Positions 1 to 10,933 of a stretch of 64,000 bases of DNA are shown here, in pieces. The notes under the pieces are model-generated. The model was not told where the DNA came from. It saw nothing but the letters and a program-made list of their open reading frames with translations, and ran no database searches. The position numbers were made by a program, and so were the translations under genes. The first letter of the stretch is position 1, and each line of letters opens with the position of its first letter. The stretch comes from an uncultured Ilumatobacter sp. (GTDB taxonomy: Bacteria > Actinomycetota > Acidimicrobiia > Acidimicrobiales > Ilumatobacteraceae), in NCBI GenBank assembly GCA_905182555.1, contig CAJJBX010000010.1, positions 274-64,273 on the forward strand, written 5' to 3'.

Positions 1-255
1 CACGCTCATCATTTCGACCATCAGTTCGTCACCGGGGTCCGCAATGGCCGGCTCGAGGGCGATGGCATTGACGGCGGCGGAACGGATCTCGTCCGCGATG
101 TCGTCGCTGAAACCGGCGTCTTCGGGTGCGATCAGTCGGACGTCGCGCCGTGGTAAGTACGGGGCCTCCAGCCACTTCCGGTCGCCGGTGATCTGGAACA
201 AGCACATGGTCAATACCCGGAGGTCGGCATCGCGCACCGCGTCAGCAACGTTCAT
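1..255 (-). CDS. N-terminal part of a flavin-containing (Baeyer-Villiger, HAPMO-like) monooxygenase; runs off the window
   Basis: Manual translation from ATG at 255: MNVADAVRDADLRVLTMCLFQITGDRKWLEAPYLPRRDVRLIAPEDAGFSDDIADEIR..., resembling the N-terminal extension of 4-hydroxyacetophenone-monooxygenase-type BVMOs. Confidence 0.6.
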   Translation of the reverse strand, partial: MNVADAVRDADLRVLTMCLFQITGDRKWLEAPYLPRRDVRLIAPEDAGFSDDIADEIRSAAVNAIALEPAIADPGDELMVEMMSV

Positions 256-310
256 TGTGGGCCAGCCTGCATCGTGACAGCATGGCCCCGGGTGCATCGT
301 CGCAGCGAGT

Positions 311-387
311 TGCACTCGTCCTGCACTCGTCCTGCACTCGTCCTGCACTCGTCCTGCACTCGTCCTGCACTCGTCCGGCACCCGTCC
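311..387. repeat. 11-bp tandem repeat (TGCACTCGTCC) x6 plus one degenerate copy
   Basis: Read directly; lies in the divergent intergenic region. Confidence 0.95.
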
Positions 388-435
388 TGCCTTCGCTTGG
401 ATGGATGGATGAGAGGGTGAGTAGCTTGCCGAGTC

Positions 436-1245
436 GTGAGCAGACAGTCGACATTTGAGTTCCTGGGGATGGCCGAGTCAGGCGAGGGGGCTGGCCGATA
501 CCGCGTACCGATTACCGAACGAGCAGTTGGCGGAGGGCGTGGCTCACTGTTCGGCGGTGTTGGCCTCGCGGCTGGCGTCGCTGCGATGGAAGCTCATACC
601 GGCAAGCCGGCTGTCTGGGCTACGGCGCAGTACATCGCCACGATGTACAACCCATCGGAGATGCATCTCGACGTCGCCACGCCTGCCGTTGGCCGGAGTG
701 TCACCCAGTGCCGGTTGCAAGCAACATCTGAGGGCAACGAGATCGTCAATGTGCTTGGTGCCGTCGGCGAGCGGCCCGAGAAGCTGCGTGGCGTGTGGGA
801 CACAATGCCCGACTGCCTGTCGCCTGCCGACTCGGTCGACCCCGAACGACACTTCGATTACGCGTCGCTCCATGACCATGTCGAGGTGAAGATGGCGCGC
901 GGAATGTTTGGCTTCTCCGGTGTCGGCGAGGCAACCGGTGACAACCGTTCGCTGGTCTGGGTGCGGATGCCCGGCGTCCGCGTCGATGCAGCAGCTCTGG
1001 CGATCATTGCCGACTACGCGCCATCGGTCGTCGGCAATGCAATGGGGCGGGTCACGAACCTGTCCAGCCTCGACAACACCATCCGCTACGCCGACGCAGC
1101 TCCTGCCGACACCGAATGGGTGCTGTGCGACAACCAGGTCGAGTTCGTCGGGAACGGTTTCGCCAACAGCAGTTGCCTGATGTGGAGCGAGTCAGGTCAG
1201 CTACTCGGAACCGCCAGCCAGTCCATGACGATTGTGCTCCTCTAG
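436..1245 (+). CDS. Acyl-CoA thioesterase (TesB-like double hotdog)
   Basis: LFGG motif, IADY, SLDNTIR, LMWSESGQLLGTASQS. Confidence 0.85.
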   Translation: MSRQSTFEFLGMAESGEGAGRYRVPITERAVGGGRGSLFGGVGLAAGVAAMEAHTGKPAVWATAQYIATMYNPSEMHLDVATPAVGRSVTQCRLQATSEGNEIVNVLGAVGERPEKLRGVWDTMPDCLSPADSVDPERHFDYASLHDHVEVKMARGMFGFSGVGEATGDNRSLVWVRMPGVRVDAAALAIIADYAPSVVGNAMGRVTNLSSLDNTIRYADAAPADTEWVLCDNQVEFVGNGFANSSCLMWSESGQLLGTASQSMTIVLL

Positions 1246-1343
1246 CGAGGAGCGGCGGCTTCGCCGCCAACATCGACTGCGTCGCTGCAATCGGTGCTTC
1301 GGTTTCGCCGAAATCGCTGCGCTCCCGGGGCCCTTGCTCTTGC

Positions 1344-2591
1344 TCAGCCGGGTTCGGCCATTGCCTGCAGCGTGGCGAGGTCGAAGCCAGCAAGTTGCTT
1401 GTAGGCGTTTGCTTCCCGTTCAAGCACGGCGGTGTCGACACAGGTGTGCTCGTCGGTGCACGCGCCAGCGCAGCGTTCAGCCACCCACTGCATCACGCGT
1501 TCGGGTCCGGCCTGCCGATTGGCCAAAGTGAGTTTCGCGGTGGGCTCGAGACGCACGGCTTCGTAGGCTGTGAGGGCAGCGGGAACATTGTCAGCGGCGG
1601 TCAGCGCAGCAGCGAGGGCTTCGCCGTCGAGGATGGCCTGGCTCGACCCGTTACTGCCGTTTGGACGCATTGGATGCGCAGCGTCACCGAGGAGCGTGAC
1701 CCGCCCGAAGGACCAGCGCTCGACGGGATGGCGATCGACCATCGGGAACTCGTAGGCGGCATCACTCGATGCAATCAGTGCGCCGACGTCGAGCCAGCCA
1801 TAGTCCCAGTCGGTGAAGCTCTCTGCGACCCAGGCCGGGTCGACTTCACGATTCCAGCTCACGGTCGCCATGTCGACGTCCATCGGCCGTTCGGCCACCC
1901 AGTTGATCAGCGCGGTGCCATCGTCATCAGGATCGCTAATTGGGTACACCACCGCTTTCTGCCCGTCGTCTCCGGCCATGAACATGGTTCGACCGCCGAG
2001 GAATGCCGGTGCTCGCACGGCACCGCGCCACAACACGAGGCCCGACGGATGGGGCAGACCCTGATCGGGATGGAGCTGCTGACGGACAACAGAGTGGATG
2101 CCGTCGGCGCCGACGAGCACCTCGCTCGATACCTCAATGTCGACGTCCGAACGACGATCCCTGAACGTTGCTGTAACCAGATCGTTGCGCTGGTCGAACG
2201 ATGTGAGGCGTCTGCCCGTGTGGAATCGCTCGGGCCCGAGCCGGTCCAGGGCGGCCTGCCACAGCAGCATCTGCAACTTGCCGCGATGGATCGAGAACTG
2301 CGGCCACGGATTTCCGGCGGCGAGCCCCCGAGGCTCCTCCCAAATCCGGATCCCATCACGCGACAAAAAGGCCAGCGCCTCCGTTCGGACTCCGGCAGCA
2401 TTAAGAGCTGGCAAGAGCCCGAGGTCGTCGAGCACGCGCACCGAGTGCGGCAGCACGTTGATCCCGACGCCCAACTCAGCCGAGCATCAGATGACTGACT
2501 CGAACACATCGACTTCATGGCCGGCGTTGTGCAGGCACATGGCCGCCACGAGCCCACCGATTCCGCCACCAGCAATCGTTACCGAAGTCAT
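1344..2591 (-). CDS. FAD-dependent aromatic monooxygenase; frameshift near 2490
   Basis: MTSVTIAGGGIGG from ATG 2591 joins LGVGINVLPH, VGADGIHS and LLGDAAHPM in another frame. Confidence 0.85.
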
Positions 2592-2625
2592 ACCGACAGT
2601 GTGGCGCACCTGCGCCGTTCAGCTG

Positions 2626-3807
2626 TCAGTCGCGAACAGGTGGCGAGAAGCCGTCGGCGATGACGAGGTCGTCAGGCGACAGTTCGCTAATCGACGACTT
2701 CCCCATGCCCATCAGGTTCGAGTCGATGCCCATCCGGAGCACGTCGAGCACGTTCTCGACACCGGCTTGACCGTTGGCAGCGAGGCCCCACAGGTAGGCG
2801 CGGCCGATCATCACGGCCTTGGCGCCGAGCGCCAGTGCCTTGACGACGTCAGACCCGCGGCGGATGCCGGAGTCCATGACGACTTCGATCTGGTCACCGA
2901 CGGCTGCGACGACCTCGGGCAGGCAGCGAATCGGCGCCGGGCCGCCACCCACTCCGTTGCCGCCGTGCGTCGACACTTCCGAGATGTGCAAGTGGCGCAC
3001 CAGCGTCGACTGCCTTGCGACGCTTCGTCGGCTCGGTTGATGCCCTTGACCATGAAGGGGCCGTCCCACTGGGCGCGGAGCCAGGCAACGTCGTCCCACG
3101 ACGGGGGAGGGGTGCCCATCCATGTGCCGTATGCGTCAAAGAATCCGGGCACGGGATCGTTTGATGACACGCGGAAGTTCGGTGCACCGAGCTGCGGGAT
3201 TCCACCGGACTTCAGCCAGTCGATCAGCCACCGCGGCTTGACGATCGCTTCGGGGCCGTGCTTGATCATGGTCTTCAGGCCGATTGATTCAGGGATGGCC
3301 GGGCTGCCCCAGTCGCGGCTGTGCACGAACGACCAGTCGAGGGTGAGGATCATGCCGACAGCGCCAGCGGCCTTGGCGCGTTCCATGCGAGCAACCATCG
3401 AGTCACGGTCGCCGGCCCAATAGATCTGGAAGAACGTTGCTGCGCCGGTGGCCATCACTTCGTCCATCGGCTTCGACGAGAACGAGCTCAGCCCCATCGG
3501 GATGCCCCGGGCCACAGCGGCTCGAGCGACGGCGACCTCGCCGTCGGGGTGCACGGCCTGGACGCCGGTTGGCGAAATGATGACGGGCATCGACAGGTGC
3601 TGGCCCATCACTTCGGTTTCCATTGACCGTTCGGGCGATTGACCTGCGGTAATCGGGCGGAGGCCGAGTTCGCTGAACGCTGCGACGTTGTCGTCTTTGG
3701 TCAACCCGGCCTCGGTGCCCGCAATCAGCGCACCGTATACGGACTTGGGTAGGCGACGCTTGGCGCGCTGCTGTGCAACGGCGGCGGCGCATCGACGGAT
3801 TTGCCAC
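2626..3807 (-). CDS. mftD: Mycofactocin biosynthesis FMN-dependent deaminase MftD; scrambled/frameshifted near 3790 and 2960-3030
   Basis: AQQRAKRRLPKSVY, ISPTGVQAVHPDGEVAVARAA, RDWGSPAIP, DSGIRRGSDVVKALALGAKAVMIGRAYLWGLAANGQAGVENVLD match MftD. Confidence 0.88.
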
Positions 3808-3880
3808 ACCATCAGTGTACGAATCACCAGTGTCGTGGCGGCAATTTCAGCGACAGTGTCTGACCAACGTCACGCAGCGG

Positions 3881-4645
3881 TCAGCTTTCGGCTTCGAGCA
3901 TGGCGGTCAGCAGTTCGCCGATGCCTTCGGGCAGCAGGGTTTGCATTGGAGTCTCGTCGGCCTCTGCGAGGTTGGCGAGAGCAACGACGACGTCGTTGGG
4001 GTCGAGCTGGCCGGTCAGAACGATGTCGCGGACCATCTGGTTTGCGGCGTGAGTTGCCTCATCGCCCGCGGAAATGTGCTCGGTGATCCCGTCCACCATC
4101 CGGTCGTTGAATCCGGTGTTGTACGGACCGGGATTGACCTTGCAGACGTCGACGCCGAGAGGCGCGAGCTCGCCACGAAGGCTCTTCGTGAATGCTTCGA
4201 CTGCGTGCTTGGTCATGCAGTAGGGCGACGTGAGCGGGGAAGCGAGAATGCCCGCAACCGACGACACGTTGATGATGCGGCCTGAGCCGCGTTCGATCAT
4301 TCCCGGCGCGATTGCCTGGCACATTTCGACCATGCCGAACACGTTGACGTCAAAGATGGCGCGAACCTTTTCCATCGGCACGTTGATCATTGGAGCCATC
4401 ACGCCCATGCCGGCGTTGTTGATGAGCACGTCGACTCCAAGGTTGGCCGTGGCTGCGATGTCGTTGGACGACGTGACGTCAAGCTTCATCGTGGCGAGTT
4501 CAGGGTGCTCGGCGGCGAGCGCATTGGCCTGCTCGAGAGTTTCCGTTGCAGCAATCACGGCGTGCCCCCGTGCGGCCAGTTCGATTGCTGCGCCCTTTCC
4601 GAATCCAGAGCCTGCACCGGTGATCAAGATTGTTCGCTGCGTCAT
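3881..4645 (-). CDS. SDR family oxidoreductase
   Basis: TGAGSGFG, NNAG, YCMTK. Confidence 0.9.
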   Translation of the reverse strand: MTQRTILITGAGSGFGKGAAIELAARGHAVIAATETLEQANALAAEHPELATMKLDVTSSNDIAATANLGVDVLINNAGMGVMAPMINVPMEKVRAIFDVNVFGMVEMCQAIAPGMIERGSGRIINVSSVAGILASPLTSPYCMTKHAVEAFTKSLRGELAPLGVDVCKVNPGPYNTGFNDRMVDGITEHISAGDEATHAANQMVRDIVLTGQLDPNDVVVALANLAEADETPMQTLLPEGIGELLTAMLEAES

Positions 4646-4753
4646 CTCGGCAGCTTTGCATGTTTGGGTTGATCTGGGTGACCCCCGACACCGGTGCCGA
4701 ACGACACCGGTGCGGCCCTCGGGTCTGGGGCTGGCGCTGCCGATACTTGTTCA

Positions 4754-5518
4754 GTGAGTAAAGACCAGCACCCCACGATTGGCCAGCGGCTTCGTCGCCG
4801 CGCCTGGTCGCGCGCTGGTGCCGTTGCCGCAGTCGTCTCGAAGGGCCCGCCTCGCCGAGTCCTGACCTTTTCGACTCGTCTCGTGCTCTTAGTTGCAGGT
4901 TCCTGTTTGATTGCTGCGTCCGTTGCAGTGACGCTCTGGACCGATCTTGGCCCAGGCCCGCTCGATGTGTTCATCGGTGCGATCCAGGCGCGTACCGGCC
5001 TTCCGCTGACCGTTGCCGTGTGGGTAACCGTGGGATCGCTGATTCTCGGTGCGTGGGCGCTGGGTCGGCGCCCAGGCTTCGGCACGCTGCTCTCGCCGTT
5101 CCTGATCGGGCCGGTACTGCAGTCGGTCCTCGCCGCCCTCGAAATGTTCGAGGCGCCGACGTTGCTGATCGTGCGGATTGCATTCCAACTCGTTGCCATC
5201 GGTGGCATCGGCATTGGGGCCGGGGCACTCATCGTGTCGGGCTTGGGTGCTGGATCAGGGGAGTTGCTGGCTGCGGCTGCATCTGACCGTGTCGGACGCC
5301 CGGAGTCGCTTGTTCGCCCGATGTTCGAGGCGACCTGGATTATCGTCGGGGTTGCTCTTGGTGGCCCTGCTGGCCTCGGCACCGTGCTGGTCGCGATGTT
5401 CGTTGGCCCGTCAGTGGCCCGGGGTTACGGACTGGTGGACCGTCTTGCGGCTCGGTCCGTGCAGCGGCTGACGAACACTCACGAGGCGATCGTCGCTCGC
5501 GAGCTGCAGCACGCCTGA
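4754..5518 (+). CDS. YczE/YitT-like membrane protein
   Basis: LGPGPLDV, PGFGT, GPAGLGT duplicated hydrophobic halves; start uncertain. Confidence 0.75.
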   Translation: MSKDQHPTIGQRLRRRAWSRAGAVAAVVSKGPPRRVLTFSTRLVLLVAGSCLIAASVAVTLWTDLGPGPLDVFIGAIQARTGLPLTVAVWVTVGSLILGAWALGRRPGFGTLLSPFLIGPVLQSVLAALEMFEAPTLLIVRIAFQLVAIGGIGIGAGALIVSGLGAGSGELLAAAASDRVGRPESLVRPMFEATWIIVGVALGGPAGLGTVLVAMFVGPSVARGYGLVDRLAARSVQRLTNTHEAIVARELQHA

Positions 5519-5544
5519 CCAACCACGGCTGATCAGTGGAGCAG

Positions 5545-5847
5545 TCAGGAGCGCAGGCGTTGCCAGGCGGCAGACACGCGCTGACGGAAGCGACCGAAGA
5601 CGGTCGTCTTGGCCCGTCCGGATTCACCGATTTCGCCGACCGGGTCGGCCGGTGCGAGGTGGATGATGCTGGGCGGTGCCCACCAGGTGATCTTGTATAC
5701 CGTTGGAGCGGCCCACACGTTGCTGCGACGGAGCATGGCGACCGCAGGCGATGGCCAAGGCGACCACACCGGCCCAATAGCGGACTCAGGCGCGCGGGCC
5801 CAGGTCAGTGCGCTCGGGGCAGGAAGGAGATGAAATGGCGTGCTCAC
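5545..5847 (-). CDS. Hypothetical small protein (Trp/Pro-rich)
   Basis: Open 100-codon frame filling the intergenic gap; no recognisable motif. Confidence 0.3.
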   Translation of the reverse strand: MSTPFHLLPAPSALTWARAPESAIGPVWSPWPSPAVAMLRRSNVWAAPTVYKITWWAPPSIIHLAPADPVGEIGESGRAKTTVFGRFRQRVSAAWQRLRS

Positions 5848-5914
5848 TGAACAATAAGTTTCACACGCGACTCACTGGCGGGCGCGGATACTGACCGAGC
5901 AGCTGGCTGCTATT

Positions 5915-7714
5915 TCAGGAGCGGAAATCGAGCCCGGAAAACTCGCCCGACGAGCGCCAGTCGGCGATGTACTCGAAGTAGGCGGTCGGGCCTTCGGGGA
6001 AACCGAGCCGGTTGACCATGTCGCCAGGGCCAGCCTCTTGGCCTTCGTTGTTGTAGTAGCCCGGCGTGCAGTCAGGATTGCCAGCAAATTGCCGACCGCC
6101 GCTGATCAGTCGCTGCATCCAAGCTGCTTCGGCTTCGGGAGTCACTTCTACCTGGTCGGCATCAATGTCGATGGCGTGCTTGACGATCGCGGCGATCGTG
6201 TTGCCGCGCTCGATGAGGTTGTGGGGGATGTTCGAAATCAGGTTGGCGCCGTGCGTTGGCTGCACCATGAAGAGGTTGGGGAAACCTTGCATGTGGATGC
6301 CGTGGAGTGACGACATGCCGTCCGCCCAGTATTCGCTGAGCGTCAGGCCGTCGCGGCCAACGGTCTCGAAGCCCGAGCGGCGGGCGTACTCGGTGCCGAC
6401 TTCGAAACCAGATGCGTAGATCAGGCAGTCGAGTTCGAAATGCTCGCCATTGGCCCAGATGCCGGTTTCGTCGATGCGTTCGACGCCCTTGCCGTCGGTG
6501 TCGATCAGGTGGGTGCCCGGCTCGTTGTACGCGAGGAGGTACTCGTCGTGGAAGCAGGGACGCTTACAGAGTTGGCGGTACCAGGGCTTCAACTTTTCGG
6601 CGGTGATCTCGTCGTTAACAACCTGGTCGACGCGGGCGCGGACTTCGGTCATTTTTTCGTCGTCACTGTCGTGGTACGCCCGCTCCATCGCCTCTGGTGT
6701 GAATTCCGGAGGATCAGCGGAGAACAGCTTGTCGCGGATGCGCTTGCTGATGTCGGTCCATCCGTCTTTCACCAAGTCTTCGTCGACAAAGCCACCGGTC
6801 TGGAGCGTCGTGAAGTTGACCAGCCAGCGTTGCTGCCAGCCGGGCTCGAGGGTGTCGAACCAGTCGGGGTCGATCGAATGGTTGCTGCGAACATCGATCG
6901 ACGATGGTGTGCGTTGGAAGACAAACAGTTCTTTTGCAGCGCGGGCGAGGTGCGGGATGCATTGCACCGACGTGGCGCCCGTGCCAATGATGCCGACCCG
7001 CTTGTCGGCGAGGCCATCGAGCGGATCGCCGGCGGGGTTGCCGCCTGTGTACTCGTAGTCCCAACGGCTGGTGTGGAACGTGTGGCCGCCAAAGGTGTCG
7101 ATCCCGGCGATACCGGGCAGCTTTGGACGGTGTAGCGGGCCGGTGCCCATGGCAATGAACTTGGCGCGCATCTCGTCGCCGCGGTTCGTCTTGATGATCC
7201 AGCGGCTGGCTGTTTCATCCCAATCGAGCGAGGTCACCTCGGTGGAAAAGACCGCCTTGTCATAGAGATCAAAGTGCTCGCCGATACGGCGGCAGTGGTC
7301 GAGGATCTCGGGGCCCTTGCAGTACTTCTCGCTGGGCATGTGGCCGGTCTCTTCGAGGAGCGGCATGTAGACAAATGAGGCGGTGTCGCATTGGGCGCCG
7401 GGGTACCGGTTCCAATACCAGGTGCCGCCGAAGTCACCGCCCTTTTCGATGATCCGAATGTCGTCGAGGCCGGCTTGGCGCATCTTGGCGCCAGCGAGGA
7501 GCCCGGCGAAACCGCCCCCGATAAATACGAATGTCACGTCGTCGTGCAGCGGTTTCCGTTCAACCGGTTTGACGTATGGGTCTTCGAGATACTTGGCGAA
7601 CTGGCCCGTGAGTTCGACGTACTGCTCGTTGCCGTCACTCCGGAGCCGCTTGTCGCGTTCTTCCAGGTACTTGGATCGCAGGGCATCTTTGTCAATCACT
7701 ACATCTGCCGGCAT
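5915..7714 (-). CDS. Baeyer-Villiger monooxygenase (type I)
   Basis: GGGFAG, GGTWYWNRYPGAQCD, FGGHTFHTSRWD fingerprint, GTGATS. Confidence 0.92.
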   Translation of the reverse strand: MPADVVIDKDALRSKYLEERDKRLRSDGNEQYVELTGQFAKYLEDPYVKPVERKPLHDDVTFVFIGGGFAGLLAGAKMRQAGLDDIRIIEKGGDFGGTWYWNRYPGAQCDTASFVYMPLLEETGHMPSEKYCKGPEILDHCRRIGEHFDLYDKAVFSTEVTSLDWDETASRWIIKTNRGDEMRAKFIAMGTGPLHRPKLPGIAGIDTFGGHTFHTSRWDYEYTGGNPAGDPLDGLADKRVGIIGTGATSVQCIPHLARAAKELFVFQRTPSSIDVRSNHSIDPDWFDTLEPGWQQRWLVNFTTLQTGGFVDEDLVKDGWTDISKRIRDKLFSADPPEFTPEAMERAYHDSDDEKMTEVRARVDQVVNDEITAEKLKPWYRQLCKRPCFHDEYLLAYNEPGTHLIDTDGKGVERIDETGIWANGEHFELDCLIYASGFEVGTEYARRSGFETVGRDGLTLSEYWADGMSSLHGIHMQGFPNLFMVQPTHGANLISNIPHNLIERGNTIAAIVKHAIDIDADQVEVTPEAEAAWMQRLISGGRQFAGNPDCTPGYYNNEGQEAGPGDMVNRLGFPEGPTAYFEYIADWRSSGEFSGLDFRS

Positions 7715-7812
7715 TGTTGCAGAGTACAAGTGTTTACTGGATCGTGCTCAGACGGAACCTGGCCTGGTTTGAGCGGCCTGCCCGACAACCAGCAAGTACA
7801 GTCCACGCCGTT

Positions 7813-9276
7813 ATGGACACTGTTCAGCGAGATCCTGCCATCGAGTCGCTCAGCGTCTTCGACATGCTCAAAATCGGTGTCGGCCCGTCGAGTTCGCACA
7901 CTCTCGGCCCGTGGCGAGCGGTTCAGCGATGGCTCAGTGAACTCGCTGAGGAGTTGGCCGAGGAGTCGCTCGGGCTGCACGACGTCGAGCACGTTCGCGT
8001 CCATCTCTACGGATCGTTGGCCCTGACAGGTAAAGGCCACGCCACGGACCAGGCGATTGCGCTCGCGCTCCTTGGTCACCAGCCGGAAACGGTCGACGTC
8101 GCAGCGATTGCCGCGCACGTCAGCGGTCTGGCCCGAGCAGGAACGATCGAACTGGTTCCTGGCCACACCGCGCGATTCGAGATGGCGAACGACATTGTTT
8201 TCCACATCGACGCTCGGTTGCCGGGGCACGCGAACGGTATGACCTGCGAAGCCACCGTTGCTGGCGAACCGCGGTCGGCGTCGTACTACTCAGTCGGTGG
8301 CGGGTTTGTCCTGGGCGCTGACGAGATCCCCGGCGCCAAGAACTTTCTTGCGCTCCCGCATCCAGCCCAGAGTCCTGATGACCTGCTGGAGCATTGCACC
8401 ACTCGCGATTGCCGGATCGCTGATGTCGTGTGGACCAACGAACAGGAGTGGAGGTCGATCGACGAAATTCGCACCGGGCTCAGCGAAATCTGGGCGGTGA
8501 TGCTCGAAGGCGTCTACAACGGCTGCCACACCGACGGCATGCTGCCGGGTGGGCTCGATGTCCGGCGGCGCGCCGCGCCGCTCAGTCGACGGTTGCTCGG
8601 CGGCGACGATGCGCCGACAGCAGGCGAATGGGTTGAGTTGATTCAGCGTCGCGATTTCCGCTTCGCCGAAATTTTGCAGTGGGTCAGCACGTTCGCGATG
8701 GCAGTGAACGAAGAGAACGCCGACCTCGGTCGAGTTGTCACGGCGCCGACTAACGGTGCAGCAGGCGTCATCCCCGCAGTGCTGCTGTACCACGTCTGCT
8801 TTTCGGAGCAGCCGGTCACCGAGGCGGGGATCATCGACTTCCTGCTTGTCGCCGGCGAGATCGGCACACTGTTCAAAAAGGGTGCCACGATCTCGGCAGC
8901 GATGGGCGGCTGCCAGGCTGAAGTCGGCGTGTCGAGCGCGATGGCAGCGGCGGCGCTGGCTGAAGCACTCGGTGGCACGGTTGAACAGGCGTTGATGGCT
9001 GCCGAGATCGCGATGGAACATCACCTCGGCCTGACGTGTGACCCGGTCGGCGGCCTCGTCCAGGTGCCATGCATTGAGCGCAACACGATGGGCGCAGTGA
9101 AGGCAATCAACGCTGCTGAATTGGCCGTGGCAAGTAACCCAGCAGATGCTCGCGTGTCGCTGGCCGAAGTGATCAAGACCCTGCGCGAGACTGCTGAGGA
9201 CATGTCTGATCGTTACAAAGAGACCAGCCAGGCTGGCCTGGCGGTCAACGTGTCGGTGCGCGTTCCCGAATGCTGA
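7813..9276 (+). CDS. sdaA: L-serine ammonia-lyase (Fe-S dependent)
   Basis: [66 protein letters not shown]. Confidence 0.95.
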   Translation: MDTVQRDPAIESLSVFDMLKIGVGPSSSHTLGPWRAVQRWLSELAEELAEESLGLHDVEHVRVHLYGSLALTGKGHATDQAIALALLGHQPETVDVAAIAAHVSGLARAGTIELVPGHTARFEMANDIVFHIDARLPGHANGMTCEATVAGEPRSASYYSVGGGFVLGADEIPGAKNFLALPHPAQSPDDLLEHCTTRDCRIADVVWTNEQEWRSIDEIRTGLSEIWAVMLEGVYNGCHTDGMLPGGLDVRRRAAPLSRRLLGGDDAPTAGEWVELIQRRDFRFAEILQWVSTFAMAVNEENADLGRVVTAPTNGAAGVIPAVLLYHVCFSEQPVTEAGIIDFLLVAGEIGTLFKKGATISAAMGGCQAEVGVSSAMAAAALAEALGGTVEQALMAAEIAMEHHLGLTCDPVGGLVQVPCIERNTMGAVKAINAAELAVASNPADARVSLAEVIKTLRETAEDMSDRYKETSQAGLAVNVSVRVPEC

Positions 9277-9349
9277 TCAAGCCGAGTACGACTGATGACC
9301 AGCCAACAGCATCGCAACAGCCGTTGTCACCGGCATGCGCCTGACGATC

Positions 9350-9562
9350 AGGACAGCCCAAGCCCGACACAACCGCTACAGCAAGCAAGGTCAGTAGTGC
9401 GGCGCGGGCCCTGCCCAGCCGCAGTCCGAGTGCCTCGGCCTTGTCGCGGTTGAACGCGAGCCCGAGGAACGAGCAGTGCCTCACAACGAGCCCGATGACG
9501 GTAACGACGAGGGCTGAGACGTCGTGGCAACACACGATCTCGACGAGGCAGCCCGTGCCCAT
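9350..9562 (-). pseudogene. Remnant of a metal (Zn/Mn) ABC transporter permease
   Basis: FLGLAFNRDKAEALGLR...AALLTLLAVAVVS resembles the ZnuB/MntB core; only about 70 codons survive, directly downstream of a Fur-family gene. Confidence 0.5.
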
Positions 9563-9568
9563 AACTAG

Positions 9569-9585
9569 CGGTCACAGTGTGACCG
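9569..9585. repeat. Perfect palindrome CGGTCACA-G-TGTGACCG
   Basis: Read directly; shares CACAGTGTGACCGGCT with 48178-48193. Confidence 0.7.
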
Positions 9586-9587
9586 GC

Positions 9588-10028
9588 TCAGCGGCAGGTG
9601 CTGCAGAGGCCGAAGAGGTCGACGGTGTGGTGCGTCGTGACGAAGCCTTCGGCCTCGGCGAGCGTGTCAAAGGCCTTGTCGAGTGTGCATTCGAGTTCGG
9701 TTTCGAGGGTGACGTCACGGACAAGCCCGCACGATTCGCAGATCAGGTGGTGATGGTGCTCGGTGAGCGATTCGGCGAGCTCGAAGTGAGCGTGTTGGCC
9801 GCCGTGGACAAGCCGACGGACGACGCCAGCCTCTTCGAGCAAGCCCAGGTTCCGGTAGGCGGAGCTCTGGGCCAGTTCGGGGGAGGAGTCGAGCAGCCTC
9901 GGGAGCGTGATGGGCCCATCGGCGGCCTTGAGACCTTCGATGACCGCACGCCGACTGGCGGTGTAGCGCAGATTGTGTTCGGCGAATCGGTCCTTGATTG
10001 CCCGTTCAAGTTCGCTCGTCGCCACCAT
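9588..10028 (-). CDS. Fur family transcriptional regulator (Zur-like)
   Basis: SSAYRNL, EHHHHLICESCG, GLCSTC. Confidence 0.9.
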   Translation of the reverse strand: MVATSELERAIKDRFAEHNLRYTASRRAVIEGLKAADGPITLPRLLDSSPELAQSSAYRNLGLLEEAGVVRRLVHGGQHAHFELAESLTEHHHHLICESCGLVRDVTLETELECTLDKAFDTLAEAEGFVTTHHTVDLFGLCSTCR

Positions 10029-10107
10029 GCAGTGAGAATGGTACTCAATCTCTCTCCACGGGCCCAGTCCGCCGCCAGCCAGGTCGTGCTGCTCTAGCAT
10101 CCGTCGG

Positions 10108-10887
10108 ATGGATGCTGGTGTGAGCGGGCTGCGGGTAATTGTGACGGCAGGGGCTGCCGGCATCGGACGTGCGATTGCCGAGGAGTTTGCCGATGACGGC
10201 GCGTCGGTGTTCGTCTGCGACGTCTCTTCCGATGCGATAGCAACAATGAGCGTCGAGCGGCCAGGTATCGGCGCGGTGGTTGCTGACGTCTCGGACGAGG
10301 CTGCGGTTGACGCCTTCATCGACGAGGCAGTCGAGGCGCTGAGTGGTGTTGATGTACTCGTCAACAATGCTGGAATCGCAGGGCCGGGTGGGCGTCTCGA
10401 AGACCTCAGTCTCGACGCGTGGCGTCAGACATTCGATGTCAACGTCACGGGCATGTTCCTCGCCAGTCGGCGTGTGATCCCGCATCTCATCGAGCAGCGC
10501 AGCGGTTCAATCGTCAACCTGTCGTCGACAGCAGGGCTCTTCGGGTTCCCGTATCGAGCGCCATACGCGGCATCGAAGTGGGCGGTCATCGGCTTGACGA
10601 AGACGATGGCAATGGAGCTCGGCGAGTTCGGTATCCGTGTCAACGCGATCTGCCCTGGTTCGGTAAATAACGAACGCATGGATCGTGTCGTGGATCTCGA
10701 GGTAGCCGCCAGTGGCCGACCGGCGGCCGACGTCCGCGCCGGGTTCACCAAGGCAGTGTCGTTGCAGACGTTCGTCGATCCGCAAGACATCGCGGCGATG
10801 GTCCGGTTCGTCTGCTCGCCGGCGGGCGCCCGCATCAGCGGTCAGGCGCTGACCGTCGATGGCCACACCGAGTCGGCGCGTACCTGA
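10108..10887 (+). CDS. SDR family oxidoreductase
   Basis: TAGAAGIG, NNAGIAGP, YAASK. Confidence 0.9.
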   Translation: MDAGVSGLRVIVTAGAAGIGRAIAEEFADDGASVFVCDVSSDAIATMSVERPGIGAVVADVSDEAAVDAFIDEAVEALSGVDVLVNNAGIAGPGGRLEDLSLDAWRQTFDVNVTGMFLASRRVIPHLIEQRSGSIVNLSSTAGLFGFPYRAPYAASKWAVIGLTKTMAMELGEFGIRVNAICPGSVNNERMDRVVDLEVAASGRPAADVRAGFTKAVSLQTFVDPQDIAAMVRFVCSPAGARISGQALTVDGHTESART

Positions 10888-10933
10888 GAACCCGTCCGCC
10901 TGCAGCCGGACGGCGCCACGTAGTGTCTGGCTC

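Noticed and set aside
311-387. CRISPR array
   Set aside because: 11-bp head-to-tail units with no spacers and no cas genes.
1116-3423. Long plus-strand ORFs (1116-2498, 2098-3423) and similar antisense ORFs throughout
   Set aside because: Shadow ORFs opposite well-supported genes, expected in high-GC DNA.
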